Assembly: GCA_964608665.1 (NCBI GenBank)
Contig: CAZSQJ010000011.1
Coordinates: forward strand, 2,744 to 66,743
DNA from: an uncultured Bacteroidales bacterium
GTDB lineage: Bacteria > Bacteroidota > Bacteroidia > Bacteroidales > CAIXZF01
Direction of reading: 5' to 3'
DNA: 64,000 nt
Each line of letters starts with the position of its first letter. Position 1 is the first letter of the stretch. The translations under genes and the position numbers were made by a program. Shown here in pieces: positions 47,887-55,019 of the stretch. The notes under the pieces are model-generated. The model had not been told where the DNA came from, did no database searches, and saw nothing but the letters and a program-made list of their open reading frames with translations.

Positions 47887-49761
47887 TTAAGGCGTTCCGG
47901 TCCCGGCTTCCCGCCCGGAACGCAGCCCTGCCTCCTGCAGAAAACGGATGACATCCGGATTCTCCGGCTGCGCCAGGGACGCCTTCTCCATATATGCGAT
48001 GGATGCTTCCCGGTCAGTGCCGGCAAGCAACAGGCCAAGGTTGTAGTTGGGCTCAAAACGTGCGGGATTGATTGCATGAACCGCCTTCCATGCCCCGATA
48101 CGGTCGCTGATCCCGGGCTGCTTTAAAATCAGTCCAAGGTTGCGGTAAACATTTTCCTCTTCCGGATCGAGCCGCAATATCCTCAGGTAACACTGCAGGC
48201 TGGAATCTGGTTGCTGCAGGTAATCATAGTACACATTGCCCAGGTGGAACCAGGCATCCTGGTAGGCCGGATGAATCTGTACTGCCTTCTGAAGCAGGGC
48301 CAAAGCCCTGGCAAAGTGCTCCCTGCGAACCGCCCCGTCGCGGGTCTGATTCGCCGCCCAGGCATACCACTGACCCGCAATGTTGTTGCTTTTGGCACTG
48401 TTGGAAGAAACCTTCACATCCGTGGTGTAAAGGGTGAAGTCATCCTTCCAGTCGCCATTGCGGTCAATCGCCAGGAAAACATATATTATCAGCACTGCAG
48501 CCAGTACCATGGCAATCACCCGGCCCGCAGGCTTTTTCAGCCGTGCCGCCAACAAGGGCAGCTTTTCAGAAACCAGCCAGGCCGCTAAAACACAGAAAGC
48601 CACCGAAGGCATGAACAGGAAACGCTCCGCCATAAATACCCCCACAGGGAAAAGAATGTTGGATACCGGAAGGATGCCTCCCAGGTAAAAAAGCAGCAGC
48701 CAGGAATATAATTTCTTTTCTTTCAATCCCTTCAGTGAGAAAAACAGCAAAAACAGATACAGTAAAAGGGAAAGCAGGGCCCTTACATCCGTAACTTCCA
48801 ACAGCTGAATATGATACGGATAATAATCCCAGGTCAGCGGATAAGGCACGAACAGCAACTTCACGTACAATCCCAGGGTGAACAGGATGGTCCCGGCTTT
48901 TTGTGAAGCAGTGGCATGGAGGAAAGGATTGTCGAGCAGTTCGGTGGAGGGACCGGATTCAAAACCGCTCAGAACGGCAGTTCTGATAATCAGAAACAGT
49001 GAAAAAGCGGCGAGCATCGGAAGCCAGGCAAGCAATAATTCCCGAACCTTTTTCTCCCTGAAGAACCAGCCTGCAAGGGGGATCAGAACAAGAAAAACCG
49101 CGGCATTTTCCTTCGACAGCAGGGCGATCAGAAATACCGGAAAAACCCACAACAGGAATTGTATCTTCTTGCTGTCGAGATATTTAAAAAACAAGATCCC
49201 ACTCAGCAGCGCGCCTGTAAGGCTGAGGATCTCATCCCTTCCCTTGAGGTTGGCCACCACCTCGGTATGTACCGGATGGGCCAGGAAAAGCAGGGTGGCC
49301 AGCAGCGGAAGGTGATGATACCACCGGCTTTGATCACTGATCTTTAATAATTTGCGAAGGAAAACATAGAGCAGGATACAGCACAGTGCAAACAGGATCA
49401 CATTGAAAAAGTGACTGACATGAGGGTTTTCTCCGAAAAATTCGTATTCAATCGCGAAAGTCACCATGGAAAAGGGGCGGTAACGGCCTCCGGTCAGCAT
49501 AATCTCATTGTCTCCGTAATAACCGGCAAAAAAATGCTTCCCGGACAGGCCGGGTATGCCTTCGAATCCTTCTTTGGTGTATTTGTTTCCCGTAATCACA
49601 TAAAGATCGTCCAGCGCATAGCGGTTGGGGATGGTATTGCCGTAAAAGACAAAACACAGCAACAGGATCACGAGATAGTGGGTGCGTGCGGGATCTTTCA
49701 ACTTTTCTGGAGGTTTCGCTACTTTTGCAGGAGCATGCTTCTTACCGGCCGGCTTCATCAT
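47887..49761 (-). CDS. TMTC-like GT-C membrane glycosyltransferase with a DUF1736-like segment and TPRs (copy 2)
   Basis: YALDDLYVIT.N, YRPFS, HPVHTEVVANLKGRDE, LSKENA, PYPLTWDY, AERFLFMPS, WKDDFTL, then TPRs. Confidence 0.82.
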   Translation of the reverse strand: MMKPAGKKHAPAKVAKPPEKLKDPARTHYLVILLLCFVFYGNTIPNRYALDDLYVITGNKYTKEGFEGIPGLSGKHFFAGYYGDNEIMLTGGRYRPFSMVTFAIEYEFFGENPHVSHFFNVILFALCCILLYVFLRKLLKISDQSRWYHHLPLLATLLFLAHPVHTEVVANLKGRDEILSLTGALLSGILFFKYLDSKKIQFLLWVFPVFLIALLSKENAAVFLVLIPLAGWFFREKKVRELLLAWLPMLAAFSLFLIIRTAVLSGFESGPSTELLDNPFLHATASQKAGTILFTLGLYVKLLFVPYPLTWDYYPYHIQLLEVTDVRALLSLLLYLFLLFFSLKGLKEKKLYSWLLLFYLGGILPVSNILFPVGVFMAERFLFMPSVAFCVLAAWLVSEKLPLLAARLKKPAGRVIAMVLAAVLIIYVFLAIDRNGDWKDDFTLYTTDVKVSSNSAKSNNIAGQWYAWAANQTRDGAVRREHFARALALLQKAVQIHPAYQDAWFHLGNVYYDYLQQPDSSLQCYLRILRLDPEEENVYRNLGLILKQPGISDRIGAWKAVHAINPARFEPNYNLGLLLAGTDREASIAYMEKASLAQPENPDVIRFLQEAGLRSGREAGTGTP

Positions 49762-49827
49762 CGTTAAGATTGTGATGCAATATTATGAATTATTCATAAC
49801 CCGTCCTGCTTCCCTGAACAGCAGTCC

Positions 49828-50997
49828 ATGAAAAACCGCCGCATGAACTTCCTGGTATTTTTTTCCGTCGTATTGCTGATATACGCTTCGGTGAACTATT
49901 ATATCTGGCTGAGGGCATCCCAGGCCCTGGCCTGCACTCCGGGTGTAACACCCTGGTTCACCGGCCTGTTTCTATTCCTGGCCGCCTCCTATGTGGTGGC
50001 CCGGGTGCTGGAAAGGCTGTATTTCTCTTATCTGAGCGATATCCTCACCTGGATCGGCGCTTTCTGGCTGGCAGCCATGCTTTATTTCTTCCTTACGGTG
50101 CTGCTGCTTGATGTAATCCGCCTGCTGCTGCTGCCGGTACCAGGTTTCAGCCTGAAGAGCCTGTCCGGCTACCCGCAGTTGAAATGCATCCTGCTGCTGA
50201 CGGCCGCCGCACTGACGGCCGTCCTTCTTGTGACGGGTTACCAGCGGGCCGTAAGGACCAGGATTAACCGGCTTGAGATTCGTATCCCGGCACGACAGGC
50301 CGAAAGCGATTCCCTGACCATCGCCATGGCATCAGACATTCACCTGGGAACCCTGATCAATGCCCGCAGGCTCCGGGGGCTGGTGCAACAGCTGAACGGC
50401 CTGCAACCCGACATCATCCTGCTGGCAGGCGACATCGTGGACGAAGATCTTGCCCCCGTGATCCGGAACAACCTGGGAGCCGCACTGCTGGAGCTGAAGA
50501 CCCCGCTCGGGGTCTGGGGAATTACCGGCAACCATGAGTATATCGGGGGTGCGGATGAGGCCGTAACATACCTTGAGGCGCATGGCATCCGCATGCTCAG
50601 GGACAGTGCCGTGAAATTAGCGGGAACGGCCTGGCTCATCGGCAGGGAAGACCGCGACAAAGCGCGTTTCACGGGAAAAAGAAGGAAAAGTCTTGAGGAA
50701 CTGCTCGCTGCCACGGACGACTCCCTGCCGCGCATCCTGCTCGATCACCAGCCTTTCGCACTCGACAAGGCAGCCACAGCCGGCATCGACCTGCAGTTCT
50801 CGGGTCATACCCACCATGGCCAGCTCTGGCCACTGTCAGCGCTTACAAACGCAATCTATGAAGTCAGCCGGGGCTACATGCGCAAACAAAACACCCACTT
50901 CTACGTATCGTCCGGCTTCGGAACCTGGGGGCCACCCGTACGGACGGGATCACGGTCGGAAGTGGTGGTGGTGAAGGTCTTTTTTGAAAAAGAATGA
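49828..50997 (+). CDS. Membrane-anchored metallophosphoesterase (YkuE/YaeI-like)
   Basis: SDIHLG, GDIVD, GNHEY, DHQP, SGHTHHGQ and SSGFGTWGPP. Confidence 0.92.
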   Translation: MKNRRMNFLVFFSVVLLIYASVNYYIWLRASQALACTPGVTPWFTGLFLFLAASYVVARVLERLYFSYLSDILTWIGAFWLAAMLYFFLTVLLLDVIRLLLLPVPGFSLKSLSGYPQLKCILLLTAAALTAVLLVTGYQRAVRTRINRLEIRIPARQAESDSLTIAMASDIHLGTLINARRLRGLVQQLNGLQPDIILLAGDIVDEDLAPVIRNNLGAALLELKTPLGVWGITGNHEYIGGADEAVTYLEAHGIRMLRDSAVKLAGTAWLIGREDRDKARFTGKRRKSLEELLAATDDSLPRILLDHQPFALDKAATAGIDLQFSGHTHHGQLWPLSALTNAIYEVSRGYMRKQNTHFYVSSGFGTWGPPVRTGSRSEVVVVKVFFEKE

Positions 50998-51033
50998 GGT
51001 AAGTATGAAGTATGAGGTATGAGATATGAGATG
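50995..51033 (+). repeat. Heptamer tandem repeat (TGARRTA-like) starting at the stop codon
   Basis: tgaggta agta tgaagta tgaggta tgagata tgagatg. Confidence 0.65.
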
Positions 51034-51094
51034 GGTGGGGAAGAAAGGTCGGGATGGCACTTAAACCGGATCTCAGACAGGACAGTACTCAGGG

Positions 51095-51156
51095 AAAAAA
51101 GTGAGAACCAATCTCAGTATTTCTAAGTACTCAAACCAGCTCTCACTCTGTTTTTT
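51095..51156 (-). terminator. Long G.U-rich hairpin plus U6 on the minus strand; terminator or structured RNA downstream of the PIN gene
   Basis: Arms 51101-51119 and 51128-51146 pair at 18 of 19 positions on the minus strand (5 G.U pairs), followed by tttttt. Confidence 0.55.
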
Positions 51157-51285
51157 GGCTCTTCTAATAGATGATACATGCAACTTACAACCCATGATTG
51201 AGTATGGCATAATGTGGAGGTGTCAGCTAAGAAATTAATGAAGGGTTCACCCATTTTTGATTGGACTGTCGCTAAATGAATATTA

Positions 51286-51786
51286 TCAGAACGATTCACC
51301 GAGCCGCCTATACATATCTACAGTATTCACACTCTCAACGCCCAAAGCATTGCAGGCATCAGGGATCTTAATATCTTTTTTACTTTCCGGCTCGCTCTTT
51401 TCCTGAGTAACAACGATTCGGTTTGCAGAATCCGCTAGCGCATATGCAACAACGAATGCATCAGCTTCATCGACATCAAGAAAAACACTTAGTGCCTTCT
51501 GACGGTAATGTTCACTACGTGACATTGCCCATGCGACAACCTGCCTATAAGAATTCAATATAGATTTTGTGTCCTTGAAGAAGTCCGCAGGTAGGTTTTC
51601 AATACACCATTCTCTTAAGGCATCCTCATTTTTGTAGATTTCATTTTCCACCTTGTCAATACTGACTATGAGGCCTCTTTCAGCCAGTTCCCTGACCTTA
51701 TTCCAGAAACTGGTGGCGACATCAAGAGGGTATGTGACTCTATGAGCTTGGATAAAGAAATTACTATCAACAACATACAATGCCAT
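51286..51786 (-). CDS. DUF4411-family PIN-domain protein (putative RNase)
   Basis: YVVDSNFFIQA, V.NEI, ADAFVVAYA, VVTQE and IKIPDAC, with the PIN acidic residues retained. Confidence 0.85.
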   Translation of the reverse strand: MALYVVDSNFFIQAHRVTYPLDVATSFWNKVRELAERGLIVSIDKVENEIYKNEDALREWCIENLPADFFKDTKSILNSYRQVVAWAMSRSEHYRQKALSVFLDVDEADAFVVAYALADSANRIVVTQEKSEPESKKDIKIPDACNALGVESVNTVDMYRRLGESF

Positions 51787-51792
51787 ATAGGT

Positions 51793-52914
51793 TTAGATAT
51801 GTTGAGTAATAAAGGTATGGAAGGTGTCCCCCCTTAGACTTGTCAGCTTGTAAGCATCCCGTACCAGCAACTGTCCTGCATTTAATGCATTTTTAACGTG
51901 TGCAGCAAAGGTCACACTGATTCTTTTTCTGGCTGTTGCATAGAAATTACCACCATCACCCTGGTTTTCTTTTTTAACGAATTCACGAGTGGAATACTCG
52001 TCATAAAAACGATAAAACTGGGATTGGGATATTTTACCAGTATCCAGTGCTCTGCGTGCGATGACTATTTCACTAACTTTAAATGTTCTGGCAGCATATC
52101 TAATGTCAGCTTGCCGAGACCAGACCTCATTAAAAGCATGTGACGGAACCAGAAATTCGGCCGCCACTTTATCACAGAGTATTTCAACAGGGTCATTTGA
52201 AGGTTGTAGCTTCCTGAAATCAAAGCCCGCACTCCGGCCTACCCAGATATGTGCCAGTTCATGAACGATGGTGAACATTTGTGCTGATTTGAAATCATCG
52301 TTGTTGATGAACATGAACGGCGCCATATTGTCGACCAATACGAAACCCCGGCATTCATCCACCGGAATCTTCCGATGTGGGTTGTTCTCCACTACGCCAT
52401 TAAAGACTGTAATAATCCCAACCTCTTCAATTTGCCTGACTAAATGGTCTAATGCGTCTTGCCATGTATTATGAAAGGAAGCCCAATTCTCCTGCAAACC
52501 GAGCGTGGTTCTGATATCGTCAGCAATAGAAACAACGGGATTCTGATGCCCATAACTCCCGACAAACAATAGAGGTGCGAGCCCCTTGTCCCTCAGGTAT
52601 TCCCTTAGCCAGTCCTGACGCTGTTGTAAAATTAAAATAGTATCATATATGTTCAAACTGACCCTATCAGCCGGTGTATTGTTGGTTCGGAAGAAGGGAA
52701 TGGGTAGGCTCTCAATTGGGGGTTCTTTTAACATCAGGTACCCAAATGGCAGATGTACTTTCCGGGAGAAGGCCTCTAACTGGTTAAACGTTGGTTGCTT
52801 CTCGCCATCCAGCCAATCCTTGACATTAGGGTTATTAGCTGTGAATGTTTCGACATCCAAGCCAGCCCTGGCAATTGCCCATTGAATAATATCCGGTGTA
52901 ACGTCTATCCTCAT
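51793..52914 (-). CDS. XRE-HTH + ImmA/IrrE (DUF955) zinc metallopeptidase
   Basis: N-terminal HTH (WLDGEKQPTFNQLEAFS), FTIVHELAH (HExxH), EILCDKVAAEFLVP and FKVSEIVIARR. Confidence 0.9.
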   Translation of the reverse strand: MRIDVTPDIIQWAIARAGLDVETFTANNPNVKDWLDGEKQPTFNQLEAFSRKVHLPFGYLMLKEPPIESLPIPFFRTNNTPADRVSLNIYDTILILQQRQDWLREYLRDKGLAPLLFVGSYGHQNPVVSIADDIRTTLGLQENWASFHNTWQDALDHLVRQIEEVGIITVFNGVVENNPHRKIPVDECRGFVLVDNMAPFMFINNDDFKSAQMFTIVHELAHIWVGRSAGFDFRKLQPSNDPVEILCDKVAAEFLVPSHAFNEVWSRQADIRYAARTFKVSEIVIARRALDTGKISQSQFYRFYDEYSTREFVKKENQGDGGNFYATARKRISVTFAAHVKNALNAGQLLVRDAYKLTSLRGDTFHTFITQHI

Positions 52915-52918
52915 ACAT

Positions 52919-52926
52919 CAAAGGTA
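52919..52926 (-). promoter_or_regulatory. -7 promoter element (TACCTTTG) only 4 nt upstream of the HTH-IrrE start codon
   Basis: caaaggta at 52919-52926; start codon at 52914. Confidence 0.5.
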
Positions 52927-53088
52927 CGTCATTTATACTCGTGTAATGGTTCTGCAACCAGTGATAGGTTGTTTTCCGGTAAATTGTTATATTTCTCACA
53001 TATGGATACCACCTTTGACCTACCAGAGTTGTAATAAAGAAGTGTCCATATCATTTTCTTGTAGTTAAAATAGAATTTATTAAACCTA

Positions 53089-53427
53089 TCAATCCCAAAG
53101 GCACATTGCCCCACTGTTATCGATTTCCATTTTCCCGGAGCACCTCGGGCATGGGCGTCTCTTTCTGCTCCATTTTACCAGATTATCCGGTGAACTGCAT
53201 ATGGGACAGGTATAAAGGTCATCAGCATCAAATAAAAGCAATTCCTTTGCGATGGGTGTGCCTCTTTGAAAAGTAACGCCATTCTGGCCAACAATAACAT
53301 CTACTATCTCCTCGCAGGCTTTACATATGTATGTGTCCACATCCGCTTTCATCCCAAAGTCATGTCCGGCTGAGGTCAGGACGGAATAACCACAGGAGGG
53401 GCATCTATATGTATACTTGTGTCCCAT
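53089..53427 (-). CDS. Small protein with four CxxC pairs (double zinc ribbon), function unknown
   Basis: CPSC, CKAC, CPIC and CPRC in 112 aa; C-terminal LWD. Confidence 0.75.
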   Translation of the reverse strand: MGHKYTYRCPSCGYSVLTSAGHDFGMKADVDTYICKACEEIVDVIVGQNGVTFQRGTPIAKELLLFDADDLYTCPICSSPDNLVKWSRKRRPCPRCSGKMEIDNSGAMCLWD

Positions 53428-53435
53428 ATACGTTG

Positions 53436-54158
53436 TTACTGTAAGGGGGGTAATGGAGAACCCAAACAATCCATCATCATCATTTTCTGCGCTTTATCAC
53501 CATTCTCTCCTCTGTATTTTCTTTTGTCAAGGTTATATTTCCGGCAGGATGGATGCATCAACACAACGATGTCAGCAACAATTCCATTATTAAAAACCAC
53601 ATTTCTTGATACTTGACTTCCGGTAGCATCCAAAGCCGCATAAGTTTTAATTGTTGACCAAGGACTCAGGCTATTGGCGGTACCGGCAAGAAATCCGGCG
53701 ACACTAAGGCCTAATGCCATGATAAGCTTTGGTTTTTGTATGGTTAGCTGCTCAAGAAAAAAGGTCTGGCAGTCCCGGATGAAAAAGGGGTCATCAAAGC
53801 CCGGACTCTTACCGGTAGATTTGCCATACTTCCTGACACCCATGACTGCGTTTGTAAAGAAACAGTGATTCAATTCAATATGTAGCTGGTTTAGAAAGCT
53901 TTCCAGATTACGCCAGGTTCGGGAATTGTCATTTGCGGTGCCTCCCTGTCTTAAATCTTCCTTATACCAATCCAAAGTTCCCCAGTCGTGGCCGAGTACC
54001 ATATAGTCTTTATTTGATATGGTATCGCTGCCATCGACAATACCCTTACCTCCCGGGAAGAATGAACGCCCTTTGATTTCAGCCCGGACTTTAACCATAG
54101 TTTCAGGGTAGGTTTTGATATCATCCAGTTTGTACAACAAAATGCTGAGATCTGTCAT
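53436..54158 (-). CDS. Divergent uracil-DNA-glycosylase-superfamily protein
   Basis: Motif A position MVLGHDWG, CFFTNAV, EQLTIQKPKLIMALG and motif B LMHPS. Confidence 0.75.
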   Translation of the reverse strand: MTDLSILLYKLDDIKTYPETMVKVRAEIKGRSFFPGGKGIVDGSDTISNKDYMVLGHDWGTLDWYKEDLRQGGTANDNSRTWRNLESFLNQLHIELNHCFFTNAVMGVRKYGKSTGKSPGFDDPFFIRDCQTFFLEQLTIQKPKLIMALGLSVAGFLAGTANSLSPWSTIKTYAALDATGSQVSRNVVFNNGIVADIVVLMHPSCRKYNLDKRKYRGENGDKAQKMMMMDCLGSPLPPLQ

Positions 54159-54351
54159 TGGAATGAAGTAAAATAGTGAGTACTCATACGACCACCCGGT
54201 TAACTTACCGAACAATCAGGAAGAACCGGCAAAACACATCAAAGTTAAGAAGATTATTGGGATGGACAAGCAATGCAGACTTCAGTTTCATCATGGTCTA
54301 TTTATCTGGGTCATCCATAAAATTGCTTCACTTTATCGTTAAAATTCAGGT

Positions 54352-54359
54352 TACATTTG
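54352..54359 (+). promoter_or_regulatory. -7 promoter element (TACATTTG)
   Basis: TAnnTTTG upstream of the LEA-2 lipoprotein gene. Confidence 0.45.
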
Positions 54360-54416
54360 TATGGTTATTCTCCCGCCTGGGGCGTTACAAATCGTCTGAC
54401 CATTGAAATCAACATT

Positions 54417-54998
54417 ATGAAAGTTCTTACAGCATTCTTTTTCGCTGCGGCATTCCTGCTGGTCCCGTCCTGCGATGTGGTTAAACAGGCACAGCAGATG
54501 GGGAGCCTGATCAATTGTGATTTTTCCCTGAAAAGTGTGGAAAACATCACCCTCGCCGGGGTCAGTGTTCAGCAGGTACAATCCTTGTCCTCACTCAATG
54601 TGCTTGATGTGGGAAAACTGACCGCGGCTCTGGCCGGAGGGGCACTGCCGCTGTCTTTCACACTGAACGTGCAGGCCAGGAATCCCAATAAATCTGCTGC
54701 CGGTATGAACCGCATGGAGTGGATACTGCTGATCGATGACATCGAAATGACGAAAGGAATCCTGAACCGTAAGATCAACATCCCGGCCAATAACGGGACT
54801 TCTGTCATTCCGCTTCAGATGAACTTCGACCTGAAAAAGGTACTGTCGAACCGCAGCGGCGACGCCCTGCTGAATTTCGCGCTCGGACTGGCAGGTGCCG
54901 GCAACACACCCAGCCGGATCACACTGAAAGCCAAACCCACCATCAGTGTTTCAGGATACAGCCTCGATTATCCGGGCTATATCACCATCACGCCCTAA
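54417..54998 (+). CDS. LEA type 2 / WHy-like lipoprotein
   Basis: Lipobox VPSC, NVQARNPN, MNRMEWILLIDD and IPLQMNFDL. Confidence 0.75.
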   Translation: MKVLTAFFFAAAFLLVPSCDVVKQAQQMGSLINCDFSLKSVENITLAGVSVQQVQSLSSLNVLDVGKLTAALAGGALPLSFTLNVQARNPNKSAAGMNRMEWILLIDDIEMTKGILNRKINIPANNGTSVIPLQMNFDLKKVLSNRSGDALLNFALGLAGAGNTPSRITLKAKPTISVSGYSLDYPGYITITP

Positions 54999-55019
54999 GA
55001 TTCGCTGTGTGTAAGGCTG

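Larger units (their letters stand above)
51000..54350. other. AT-richer accessory islet, four genes all on the minus strand
   Basis: Visibly lower GC and different codon usage than the flanks (judged by eye, not computed); contents typical of accessory DNA; no integrase seen. Confidence 0.6.

Noticed and set aside
54205-54294. Short minus-strand ORF (MMKLKSALLVHPNN...) upstream of the glycosylase
   Set aside because: About 29 codons with no motif or supporting signals; cannot be supported as a gene.
51000-54350. Integron cassette array, prophage remnant or IS for the accessory islet
   Set aside because: No RYYYAAC...GTTRRRY attC pairs, integrase, transposase, terminal inverted repeats or target duplication could be identified by eye.
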